DNA of 64,000 nt from Burkholderiales bacterium. Its GTDB lineage: Bacteria; Pseudomonadota; Gammaproteobacteria; Burkholderiales; JACQAP01. Location of the stretch: assembly GCA_036274775.1 (NCBI GenBank), contig DASUFB010000029.1, forward strand, positions 37,218 to 101,217. Direction: 5' to 3'. Shown one piece after another: positions 20,557-30,681 of the stretch. A model generated the notes under the pieces. That model was given only the letters and a program-made list of their open reading frames with translations. It did no database searches and was not told the DNA's origin. Every line of letters begins with the position of its first letter. Position 1 is the stretch's first letter. The position numbers and the translations under genes were made by a program.

Positions 20557-20578
20557 GCACACGCCGACACACGCCGAC
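20557..20578. repeat. Short tandem repeat (CACACGCCGA x2.2)
   Basis: CACACGCCGACACACGCCGACA lies in the divergent potD/MFS intergenic region. Confidence 0.9.
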
Positions 20579-20622
20579 ATGAATGACGAAGCCCGCGCAC
20601 AGGGGAGCAAGGCCGGCAGTCC

Positions 20623-21888
20623 ATGACGGAAACCAATGCACCGAACCCGGGCCCGGGCGCGCCTGCGCCCGCCCGCTGGATGCAGCTCGCCCTGTGCGTG
20701 CTGTGCATGTCGATGGTCGCCAACCTGCAATACGGCTGGACGCTGTTCGTCGGCCCCATCGACGAGCATTTCCACTGGGGCAGGGCCGCGATCCAGGTCG
20801 CCTTCACGATTTTCGTGCTCACGGAGACCTGGCTGGTGCCGTTCGAGGGCTACCTCGTGGACCGCTACGGCCCGGCGCCGGTCACGGTGGCAGCCGGCCT
20901 GCTCGCCGGCATTTCCTGGGTGCTGAACTCGGTCGCCGATTCGCTTGCCTTGCTGTACGTGGCCGCGGCAGTCGGCGGCGTCGGCGCAGGTGCCGTGTAC
21001 GGCACCTGCATCGGCCAGGCGCTGAAGTGGTTCCCGGACCGGCGCGGGCTCGCCGCCGGCCTGACCGCGATGGGTTTCGGCGCCGGCTCCGCGCTGTCCG
21101 TCATGCCGCTCGCCGCCACGATCAAGTCGGCCGGCTACCAGGCAGCCTTCCTGTACGCCGGCTTGCTGCAGGGCCTGGTGGTGGTTGTGCTGGGCTCGCT
21201 GCTGCGCAGGCCGCCCGCGGTGCCGGCGCCGGCCGCCGCCGGCGCCCGTCGGCGCGACTACGCGCCGCTGCAGATGGCCCGCACGCCGGCGTTCTGGGTG
21301 CTCTACGCGATGTTCGTGCTCATGGCCGCCGGGGGCCTGATGGCGACGGCCCAGCTCGCACCCATCGCCACCGACCTCGGCGTCGCCGATGCGCCGGTGA
21401 GCCTGCTCGGGCTGACGCTGCCCGCGCTCACGTTCGCGCTGTCCATCGACCGCATCCTGAACGGCGTCACGCGGCCGTTCTTCGGCTGGATGTCCGACCG
21501 CCTGGGCCGTGAGAACACCATGTTCGGTGCCTTCGTGCTGGAGGGCGCGGGCATCCTGGCGCTGAGCCAATTCGGCCGCGACCCGCTCGCCTTCGTGCTG
21601 CTGAGCGGCGTGGTGTTCTTCGCCTGGGGCGAGATCTACAGCCTGTTCCCGGCCACCTGCGCCGACACCTTCGGCGCGAAATTCGCCACGGCCAACGCCG
21701 GCCTGCTCTATACCGCCAAGGGCACCGCATCGCTGCTGGTGCCGCTCGCGAGCCTCGCGAGCCTGTCCGCCGGCGGCTGGCACACGGTCTTCGTGGTCGC
21801 CGCGGTCATGAACTTCGCGGCGGCGGCCGCGGCGCTGCTGCTGCTCAAGCCGCTGCGCGCGAACATGGCAGAATCACGGCGCGCATGA
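20623..21888 (+). CDS. OFA-family MFS transporter (oxalate/formate antiporter-like)
   Basis: 421 aa. The N-terminus RWMQLALCVLCMSMVANLQYGWTLFVGPI...AAIQVAFT and the WFPDRRGLAAG motif parallel OxlT as I recall it. Confidence 0.8.
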   Translation: MTETNAPNPGPGAPAPARWMQLALCVLCMSMVANLQYGWTLFVGPIDEHFHWGRAAIQVAFTIFVLTETWLVPFEGYLVDRYGPAPVTVAAGLLAGISWVLNSVADSLALLYVAAAVGGVGAGAVYGTCIGQALKWFPDRRGLAAGLTAMGFGAGSALSVMPLAATIKSAGYQAAFLYAGLLQGLVVVVLGSLLRRPPAVPAPAAAGARRRDYAPLQMARTPAFWVLYAMFVLMAAGGLMATAQLAPIATDLGVADAPVSLLGLTLPALTFALSIDRILNGVTRPFFGWMSDRLGRENTMFGAFVLEGAGILALSQFGRDPLAFVLLSGVVFFAWGEIYSLFPATCADTFGAKFATANAGLLYTAKGTASLLVPLASLASLSAGGWHTVFVVAAVMNFAAAAAALLLLKPLRANMAESRRA

Positions 21889-21910
21889 ACAATCGCCCTG
21901 GGGATCGCAC

Positions 21911-22915
21911 ATGAAATTCGCCATCGTCGGCGCCGGTGCCATCGGCGGCTACCTGGGCGCCCGCCTCGCCGCCGCCGGCGCCGAGGTCACGTTCATCGCG
22001 CGCGGCGCCAACCTCGAGGCGATTCGCGCGCGCGGCATGAAGCTCGTGCTCGAGGACGGCACCGAGCTGGTGGCGGCAAGCGCGCGCGCCTGCGAGAAAC
22101 CTGCCGAGGCTGGCCCGCACGACGCGGTGCTGCTCACGGTCAAGGCGCACCAGGTCGGAGCCATCGCGGCGGACCTGCGCCACCTGTTGCACGAGACGAC
22201 CAGCATCGTGACCATGCAGAACGGCATCCCGTGGTGGTACTTCCAGAAGCACGGCGGACCTTACGACGGCCAACCCGTGAGGGCCGCGGACCCGGACGGC
22301 AGCATCGCGCGCTACGTCGACCCCGCGCGCGTCATCGGCAGCGTGGTTTATCCGGCGGCGAACCTCGTCGCACCCGGCGTGGTGCAGGTCGTGGAAGGCA
22401 ACCGCTTCACGCTCGGCGAGCTCGACGGCGCTGCGACGCCGCGCGTGCAGGCCATCTCGGCGCAGCTCGCCGCCGCCGGCTTCAAGGCGCCCGTCAGCGC
22501 GGAGATCCGCAGCGAGATCTGGCTCAAGCTGTGGGGCAACCTGTCCTTCAACCCGATCAGCGCGCTCACGCACGCCACGCTCGAGGACATCTGCCGCTTC
22601 GCGCCCACGCGCGACCTCGCGGCGAAAATGATGGCCGAGGCCGAAGCCATCGCCAACAAGCTCGGCATCACGTTTCGCATCGGCATCGAGCGGCGCATCG
22701 CCGGCGCGGAGAAAGTCGGCGCGCACAAGACCTCCATGCTGCAGGACGTCGAGCAGGGCCGGCCGATCGAGATCGAGGCGCTGGTCGGCGCCGTCGTGGA
22801 GCTCGGCGCGCTGACCGGCACGCCGACGCCGTACATTTCCGCGTTATACGCGGCCGCCAGCCTGCTGGCGAAGACCCTGAACAATGCGCACGGCCGCCTC
22901 ACGCTCGCGACCTGA
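21911..22915 (+). CDS. Ketopantoate reductase (PanE/ApbA) family oxidoreductase; possible oxalyl-CoA reductase
   Basis: 334 aa. N-terminal IVGAGAIGGYLGARLA Rossmann motif and the conserved KTSMLQD motif of the PanE family. The oxalyl-CoA role is inferred from gene context only. Confidence 0.8.
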   Translation: MKFAIVGAGAIGGYLGARLAAAGAEVTFIARGANLEAIRARGMKLVLEDGTELVAASARACEKPAEAGPHDAVLLTVKAHQVGAIAADLRHLLHETTSIVTMQNGIPWWYFQKHGGPYDGQPVRAADPDGSIARYVDPARVIGSVVYPAANLVAPGVVQVVEGNRFTLGELDGAATPRVQAISAQLAAAGFKAPVSAEIRSEIWLKLWGNLSFNPISALTHATLEDICRFAPTRDLAAKMMAEAEAIANKLGITFRIGIERRIAGAEKVGAHKTSMLQDVEQGRPIEIEALVGAVVELGALTGTPTPYISALYAAASLLAKTLNNAHGRLTLAT

Positions 22916-22951
22916 CGACCGCATCCGGCATTCAACGACGAGGAAACCCCA

Positions 22952-24478
22952 ATGAACACCCATGCATCGACCCTGACCACCCTGCTGGAGCTCGGCGCGC
23001 CCGACGCTCCCGCGCTGCACGCGCCCGGCGGCAAGCCGCTCACGTACGCGGCGCTGCGCCGGCTCGTCGCCGACACGGTGACCGCACTCAACGCGCACGG
23101 CATCGGCCGCAACGACCGCGTGGCCATCGTGCTCGACAACGGCCCGGAGATGGCCGCCACCTTCCTCGCGATCGGCGCCGGCGCGACGGCTGCGCCGCTG
23201 AACCCGGCCTACCGTGCCGACGAATTCGAGTTCTACCTGACCGACCTCAAGGCAAAGCTGCTGGTCACCGGACCAAGCCTGGATTCCCCGGCCGTGGAGG
23301 TCGCGAAGCGCCTCGGCGTGCCGCTCGCCAGGCTGCAGCCGGTGCCGGAGCGCGGCGCGGGCAGCTTCACGCTGGAACTGCCGGCCGCGGCGCAGGCCGC
23401 CGGCCAGGGCGGGCCCGCCGGTGCGGACGACATCGCGCTGGTGCTGCACACTTCCGGCACGACGTCGCGGCCGAAGATCGTGCCCCTTTTGCAACGCAAC
23501 GTCTGCGCGTCCGCGCGCAACATCCGCAGCACCCTTGGGTTCGGGCCGGCCGACCGCGGCCTGAACATCATGCCGCTGTTCCACATCCACGGCCTGATGG
23601 CCGGCCTCCTCGCGCCGCTGTCGGCCGGCGGGATGATCAGCTGCACGCCGGGATTCAACGCGCTGAAGTTCTTCGCATGGATGGCCGAGGTCCGCCCGAC
23701 CTGGTACACCGCCGTGCCGACCATGCACCAGGCGATCCTCGCGCGCGCGCCGAAGAATGCCGACATCGTCAAAGGCAGCACGCTGCGCTTCGTGCGCTCG
23801 TCTTCGTCCTCGATGCCGCCGCAGGTCATCCGCCAGCTCGAGGAAACCTTCGGCGTGCCGGTCGTCGAGGCCTACGGCATGACCGAGGCCGCGCACCAGA
23901 TGGCAAGCAACCCGCTGCCGCCTGGCGCGCGCAAGCCCGGTACCGTCGGGCGCGGCGCCGGCCCGGAAGTCGCCGTGATCGACGCCCGCGGCAACGTGCT
24001 GCCCGCGGGCGGCACGGGCGAGATCGCGATCCGCGGCGAAAACGTCATGGGCGGCTACGAGAACAACCCGAAGGCCAACGCGGAGGCATTCGTCAACGGC
24101 TGGTTCCGCACGGGCGACCAGGGCGTCATGGACGCGCAGGGATACCTGTCCATCACCGGCCGGCTCAAGGAGATCATCAACCGCGGCGGCGAGAAGATCT
24201 CGCCGCGCGAGGTCGACGAAGTGCTCATGGACCATCCCTGCGTGCAGCAGTGCGTGACGTTTTCGATGCCCCACGACAAGCTGGGCGAGGACGTCGCCGC
24301 CGCGGTGGTGCTGCGCGAGGGCGTGGTGGCGAGCGAGCAGGAGCTGCGCGAGTTCGCCGCGGTGAAGCTGGCGGATTTCAAGGTGCCGCGCAAGATCGTG
24401 ATCCTCGCCGAGATCCCCAAGGGGGCCACCGGCAAGCTGCAGCGCATCGGCCTCGCGCAGAAGCTCGGCCTCGCCTGA
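22952..24478 (+). CDS. AMP-dependent CoA ligase, AAE3/Pcs60-like (putative oxalate--CoA ligase)
   Basis: 508 aa. LHTSGTTSRPK, PLFHIHGL, TWYTAVPTMHQ, EAYGMTEAAHQMASNPLP, WFRTGDQG, GRLKEIINRGGEKISPREVD. The motif set resembles the oxalyl-CoA synthetase clade as I recall it. Confidence 0.75.
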   Translation: MNTHASTLTTLLELGAPDAPALHAPGGKPLTYAALRRLVADTVTALNAHGIGRNDRVAIVLDNGPEMAATFLAIGAGATAAPLNPAYRADEFEFYLTDLKAKLLVTGPSLDSPAVEVAKRLGVPLARLQPVPERGAGSFTLELPAAAQAAGQGGPAGADDIALVLHTSGTTSRPKIVPLLQRNVCASARNIRSTLGFGPADRGLNIMPLFHIHGLMAGLLAPLSAGGMISCTPGFNALKFFAWMAEVRPTWYTAVPTMHQAILARAPKNADIVKGSTLRFVRSSSSSMPPQVIRQLEETFGVPVVEAYGMTEAAHQMASNPLPPGARKPGTVGRGAGPEVAVIDARGNVLPAGGTGEIAIRGENVMGGYENNPKANAEAFVNGWFRTGDQGVMDAQGYLSITGRLKEIINRGGEKISPREVDEVLMDHPCVQQCVTFSMPHDKLGEDVAAAVVLREGVVASEQELREFAAVKLADFKVPRKIVILAEIPKGATGKLQRIGLAQKLGLA

Positions 24479-24494
24479 AGGGCCGCGGCGGGCT

Positions 24495-25268
24495 TCAGCC
24501 GGTGCGCAGCGCGCCCGGCGAGAGCTTCGAGGCCAGCACGATCAGCGCCAGCGTCAGCATCATCAGCAGCGTGGACACCGCGTTGACCTCGGGCGTCACA
24601 GAGATCTTCACCATGGTGTAGATCTGCAGCGGCAGCGTCGTCGAGCCCACGCCGGCCGTGAAGAACGTGATCACGAAGTCGTCGATGGACAGCGTGAAGG
24701 CCATCAGCGCGCCCGCCACCACCCCCGGCATGATCAGCGGCAGCGTGACCAGCCGGAACGCCCTCCACGGCGTGGCACCAAGGTCGCGCGCGGCTTCGGT
24801 GAGGCTTTCGTCCATGCCGGCGAGGCGCGCGCGCACGACGATGGCGACGAAGCCCACGCAGAAGGCGATGTGCGAGAGCACGATGGACACCATGCCCAGC
24901 GTGACGTTCAGCAGCACGAAGAAGATCAGCAGCGACACGCCCATGAGGATTTCGGGAATCGCGATCGGCGCCAGGATCAGCAGCGGCAGCGCGCGCGTCC
25001 TGAACCGGTACATGGCATAGCCGGCCATGGTACCGAGCACCGTGGACACCGCGCTCGCGGTGACGCCGATCACGAGCGAGTTCCATGCGGCGGTGAGCAT
25101 CTTCTCGTTGTGGAACAGCTTCGCGTACCACGACAGCGTGAAGCCGACCCACTCGGCGTTCAGGCGCGAGTCGTTGAACGAGTAGACGACGACGATGGCG
25201 AGCGGCGCGTACAGGAAGGCGTAGGCGAAGATCGCCGCCGCCCACAGCGCGTGCGGGCGCCCCCTCAC
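24495..25268 (-). CDS. potC: Spermidine/putrescine ABC transporter permease PotC
   Basis: GTG at 25268 overlapping the potB stop (GTGA). 6-TM permease with an EAA-like loop (LTEAARDLGATPWRAF). Confidence 0.85.
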   Translation of the reverse strand: MRGRPHALWAAAIFAYAFLYAPLAIVVVYSFNDSRLNAEWVGFTLSWYAKLFHNEKMLTAAWNSLVIGVTASAVSTVLGTMAGYAMYRFRTRALPLLILAPIAIPEILMGVSLLIFFVLLNVTLGMVSIVLSHIAFCVGFVAIVVRARLAGMDESLTEAARDLGATPWRAFRLVTLPLIMPGVVAGALMAFTLSIDDFVITFFTAGVGSTTLPLQIYTMVKISVTPEVNAVSTLLMMLTLALIVLASKLSPGALRTG

Positions 25269-26155
25269 GTGCGGCTCCTGCGTGCGACCCATGCCGCCAG
25301 GCCGGCGAGCGCCACGGCCATGACCGTGAGCATCATCGACAGCACGCTGCCGAAGGGCCAGTCGCGCGTGTCCAGGAACTGTTGCTTGATGACGTTGCCG
25401 ATCATGATGCCCTCGGTGCCGCCGAGGATGTCGGGAATCGCGAAGATGCCCAGCGCCGGGATGAACACCAGCGCCGCGCCCGCGTACACGCCGGGCAGCG
25501 ACAGCGGGAAAGTCACGCGCCAGAAGCGCCGCCAGGCGCCGGCACCGAGGTCCTGCGCGGCGTCCAGCAGCACCGGGTCGTGCTTCTCCAGGTTCGCGTA
25601 CAGCGGCAGCACCATGAAGGGCAGGTGCACGTAGACCAGCCCGACGATGACCGCGAAAGGCGTGTACAGCAGCGTCACCGGCCCCATGCCGGCGAGCGCG
25701 AGCAGCTGGTTCAGCGTGGTCACGAACACCGATTGCGGCCCGAGGATGATGATCCAGGCGTAGACGCGGATCAGGAAATTCGACCAGAACGGCAGGATCA
25801 CCAGCAGCACCAGCAGGTCGCGGTGCTTCTTCGGGCTGCGCGCGATCAGCATCGCCAGCGGATAGGCGATCAGCACGCAGGCGAGCGTCGTGATCGCCGC
25901 GTAGGCGAACGACTTCAGGAACAGCTCGGTGTACAGGAAGTCGGAGAAGAACCGGCCGTAGCTCTCCAGCGTCAGGTCCAGCCGGCCGGTGTCCTCGGCC
26001 ACGAGCGGCGCCAGCCCGCCGAACTCGCCGGAGTTGCGGAACGACGCGACCACCATGATCAGCACGGGGATCGCGAAGAACACCACGAGGTAGGCGAACG
26101 GCGGCCCGCCGATCAGCCATTTGTGCAGACGATTCCGTTTTGCCCCGGAAATCAT
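25265..26155 (-). CDS. potB: Spermidine/putrescine ABC transporter permease PotB
   Basis: ATG at 26155 (MISGAKRNRLHKW...). EAA loop LLDAAQDLGAGAWRRFWRVTFP. Confidence 0.85.
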   Translation of the reverse strand: MISGAKRNRLHKWLIGGPPFAYLVVFFAIPVLIMVVASFRNSGEFGGLAPLVAEDTGRLDLTLESYGRFFSDFLYTELFLKSFAYAAITTLACVLIAYPLAMLIARSPKKHRDLLVLLVILPFWSNFLIRVYAWIIILGPQSVFVTTLNQLLALAGMGPVTLLYTPFAVIVGLVYVHLPFMVLPLYANLEKHDPVLLDAAQDLGAGAWRRFWRVTFPLSLPGVYAGAALVFIPALGIFAIPDILGGTEGIMIGNVIKQQFLDTRDWPFGSVLSMMLTVMAVALAGLAAWVARRSRT

Positions 26156-26174
26156 GGTCGAGCGCAAATCTCAA

Positions 26175-26326
26175 CACGAAGATCACGAAGGACACGAAGT
26201 GGCACAAAGAAGTGCGGGGGAATTCTTCGGCTGGCGGTCGGCAACGACGATGTTGACCGCGAATCGAATTCCATCAGGCGTTGGTTTCCTTCATAAACCT
26301 TCGTGTCCTTCGTGACATTGGTGGTG
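26175..26326. repeat. Variable-arm inverted-repeat element (CACGAAGG-type arms) inside the potA-potB junction
   Basis: Left arm CACGAAGATCACGAAGGACACGAAGTGGCACAAAGAAG (26175-26212). Right arm CCTTCATAAACCTTCGTGTCCTTCGTGACATTGGTGGTG (26288-26326). The TCACGAAGGACACGAAGG core is complementary between arms. Confidence 0.85.
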
Positions 26327-26361
26327 CGCATTTGCTTTTGCGACAGCCAAACCGCCCGGCA

Positions 26362-27447
26362 TCAGTCGTTCAGGAAATGGCCGGCGTCGAAGCGCCAGCC
26401 GACCTGCACCGGGTCGCCGGCCTCGAAGAACTTGGCGCGGCCCGCCGCGGAATTCGGCAGCAACGCCTCGATGCGCGCGCCGCCCGCCAGCTCGACGATG
26501 TAGATCGTCACGTCGCCGAGGTAGAGGAAGTCGTGCACCTTGCCGTCGAAGCGGTTGAAATCCTGCGAGGCCGGCAGGTCGCCGCCGATGGCGACCTTCT
26601 CCGGCCGCAGTGCCAGCGCGCCCTTGAGCCCGGGTGCATCGCCTTCCACGTTCAGGGCCGAGACCTCGCCGATGCCGGCGAGCGAAACCGCCATGCGGCT
26701 GCCGGCGCAGGACAATATCTCGCCGTCGAGCAGATTGCACTGGCCGATGAAGTCGGCAACGAAGCGGTTTTTCGGGAAGCCGTAGATTTTCGACGGCTCG
26801 TCGACCTGCTCGACGCGCCCGTGGTTCATGACCGCGATGCGGTGCGACAGCGCGAGCGCCTCGCTCTGGTCATGGGTCACGTAGACGAAGGTGATGCCGA
26901 CCTCCTTCTGCAGGCCGATCAGCTCGAGCTGCACGCTTTCCTTGAGCTTGGCGTCCAGCGCAGCGAGCGGCTCGTCGAGCAGCAGCAGCTTGGGCCGGTT
27001 GATCAGCGCGCGCGCGACCGCCACGCGCTGCTTCTGCCCGCCGGAAAGCTCGTTCGGGTAGCGCCTGCCCATGCCCGTCAGGCGCACGTCCTCGAGCGCC
27101 TCCTCCACGCGCCTGCCGACCTGCGAGGCATCGACGTTGGCCATCCTCAGCGGGAAGGCGACGTTCTGCTCCACCGTCATGTGCGGAAACAGCGCGTAGC
27201 TCTGGAACACCGTATGCACGTTGCGCGCTTCGGGCGGGATGCCCGTCATGTCGCGGCCGTCGACGACGATGGTTCCGGCATCCGGCGCGTCGAACCCGGC
27301 GATCATGCGCAGCAGCGTGGTCTTGCCGCAGCCGGATGGCCCGAGGAGGGTGAAGAACTCGCCGGCCTCGATGCTGAGGCTGACGTCATTGACCGCGGTG
27401 AAATCGCCGAAGCGCCGCGTGACGTTGCGGATTTCGAGAAGCGGCAT
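26362..27447 (-). CDS. potA: Spermidine/putrescine ABC transporter ATPase PotA
   Basis: 361 aa. Walker A GPSGCGKTT, signature LSGGQKQRVAVARAL, Walker B LLLLDEP. Confidence 0.9.
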   Translation of the reverse strand: MPLLEIRNVTRRFGDFTAVNDVSLSIEAGEFFTLLGPSGCGKTTLLRMIAGFDAPDAGTIVVDGRDMTGIPPEARNVHTVFQSYALFPHMTVEQNVAFPLRMANVDASQVGRRVEEALEDVRLTGMGRRYPNELSGGQKQRVAVARALINRPKLLLLDEPLAALDAKLKESVQLELIGLQKEVGITFVYVTHDQSEALALSHRIAVMNHGRVEQVDEPSKIYGFPKNRFVADFIGQCNLLDGEILSCAGSRMAVSLAGIGEVSALNVEGDAPGLKGALALRPEKVAIGGDLPASQDFNRFDGKVHDFLYLGDVTIYIVELAGGARIEALLPNSAAGRAKFFEAGDPVQVGWRFDAGHFLND

Positions 27448-27503
27448 CCGGCCGGTGGTCCTGGGAAAGGCCGCATTCTAGCAAAGGACTCGCCTGCCGG
27501 ACC

Positions 27504-28869
<1,366 letters not shown>

Positions 28870-28895
<26 letters not shown>

Positions 28896-30324
28896 CTTCC
28901 CGCTCCACCGGCAGGACCAGCGTGACGCGCGCGCCGCACGGCGCGGCGTTGGCCAGCGCGAACTCCCCGCCCATGTCGTGCGCGAAGCGCCTGACGATGG
29001 CGAGCCCGAGCCCGGTGCCCGACTCGCGCGAGGTCATGAAGGGCCGCACGCCGCCGGCGAGCAGCGCCTCGGGAAAGCCCGGCCCGTCGTCGGCGACCTC
29101 GATGCCCAGCCTGCCGTCGCGATGCCAGACATGGATCGAAACCTGTCCGGGCGCCTCGCCGATGGCGGCCACCGAGTTCAGCACGAGGTTCAGCACGCCC
29201 TGGCGCACGGCGTCCTCGGGCAGGCGGCAGCTCAAGCCGTCGGGGACCTCCGTGGCGAGCCGGACGTGCGGCGGCAGCTGGTAGCGGATCAGGTTTGCGA
29301 GATCGCGCACCAGGCGGCTCACGTCCACGGCGCGCGGCGTCTCCGGCACATGGCGCGATTGCTGCAGCAGCGCGTTGAGCAGCCGCGTGACGCGGGTGAG
29401 CTCCGCGATCACGAGGTCCATGCGCTCCTCCAGCACGGGGTCGTCGAGCTCGCGCCGCAGGTTCGCGAGCGTGACCTGGATGCCGGCGATGGGGTTGCGC
29501 AGCTCGTGCGCGAGCCCCGCGGAAACCTCGCCGGCCGCGGCGAGCCGCGCCGAGCGCGCGAGGCTCTGCTGCTGCTGCAGCAATACCTGCGTGGCGGCGC
29601 GGACCTCGTCCTCCAGCGAGCTCGTGCGCTGCCGGTTCGCCTGCTCGAGCTGCGCCAGCCGGTTCACGAGCTGGTTGTAGTTGTCGAACAGCGGCAGCAG
29701 CAGCGGGTCGATGCGCTCGGTCGGCACCGGCGCGAAATCGCCCTCGGACAGCCTCGAGAGGAAGCTGCGCAGATCGGCTATCGGCCGCAGCACGCGCTCG
29801 CGCACGGCCCAGAGCATCAGCACCATCAGGCAGGGGAATCCGACCAGGGCCGCCAGCGCGAGCCTCAGATCGAGCCGGGTGTAGTCGACCATGGTGTCGA
29901 GCTGCTCGAGCTGGATGCGGTTCTCGCGCTCCAGCATCTCATCGAGCATGGTCATCGCGGCCGGCAACGCGACGTCGGGCTGCGACGGCGCCTGAGCGAG
30001 CAGCGCGTTCAGCCGGCCGAGGCGCCCGCGCATGTAGGTGCCCACGGGGCCGCCACGCACCGGGATCTGGTCGAGGTCGGCCCGCACGCGCGCGAGGTCG
30101 CCGGCGGCAGGCGCGGCGCCGCCGGTCTCGGCCCGCAGCTGCAGATCCTTCAGCACGACCACGCTGTCCTCGAGCAGCGAGGTGCGGTTGACGTGGGCGC
30201 GGATCGAATCGATGCGCTTGTAGTCCAGCCAGGTGAACAGCGAAAGCGTGCCGAGCGCGACCGTCAGCACAGCCACGGCCACGATGCCGACCAGGCGCGT
30301 CGGTCGCAGGAGGATGGACTTCAT
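28870..30324 (-). CDS. Sensor histidine kinase (HAMP-HisKA-HATPase)
   Basis: ATG at 30324 (MKSILLRPTRLVGIV...). H-box GLAHELRNPIAG, G-boxes DDGPGFP and GTGLGLAIV. 26-nt overlap with the regulator gene. Confidence 0.85.
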
Positions 30325-30499
30325 CGATACCGCACGGGGGGGTCCGTCTGGCGGCATTCTATGCTGACTTCCCGGCACTGGCAGGATCGCGGGCATTACG
30401 GTGGTCCTGCAGGCTCCGTGCCAAGCGCGAAACGCCGCGCGCCGGCGCGATGCACGCGGGCCGGCAAAGCCCTGACTTTGCTCGGTCCTTCGCGCGCGG

Positions 30500-30583
30500 T
30501 TCCATCCGCTGCGCGCGCGGCGCGCGCGAGCACCCCGGCTCAATTCCACCGGCACGACGGCGGACGCGGTTCAAATCCACCGC
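30500..30583 (+). repeat. Three phased direct repeats resembling tRNA/tmRNA T-arms (TTCCATCCGC, TTCCACCGG, ATCCACCGC)
   Basis: GCGGTTCCATCCGC (about 30496-30509), GGCTCAATTCCACCGGC (30537-30553), GGACGCGGTTCAAATCCACCGCCCCCGA (30562-30589). Motif spacing is 44 and 31 bp, about 60-170 bp upstream of the sigma-54-type promoter. Confidence 0.4.
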
Positions 30584-30606
30584 CCCCGAACGGCCGCGGA
30601 TTCCGG

Positions 30607-30681
30607 GGAAACGCGGGTCCGCATTCAGATTCAGCGACTTGATCCCCGCGGCATGGCTCGTGCTGTAGCACCCGCGTTTCC
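30607..30681. repeat. Perfect 12-bp inverted repeat bracketing the candidate promoter
   Basis: GGAAACGCGGGT (30607-30618) and ACCCGCGTTTCC (30670-30681), with 51 bp between them. Confidence 0.9.
30650..30663 (+). promoter_or_regulatory. Candidate sigma-54 (-24/-12) promoter for the RND efflux operon
   Basis: cGGCATGgctcGTGCt against the consensus TGGCACG-N4-TTGCW. GG and GC have the correct 12-nt register. It lies 52 nt upstream of the RND ATG and next to a divergent sigma-54 activator gene. Confidence 0.45.

Noticed and set aside
30562-30589. Functional tRNA or tmRNA gene fragment
   Set aside because: The T-loop-like TTCAAAT is present, but the flanking stem halves (CGCGG and CCACC) are not complementary. 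There is no acceptor partner, D-arm or anticodon arm upstream. I report it only as a possible att remnant or regulator site.
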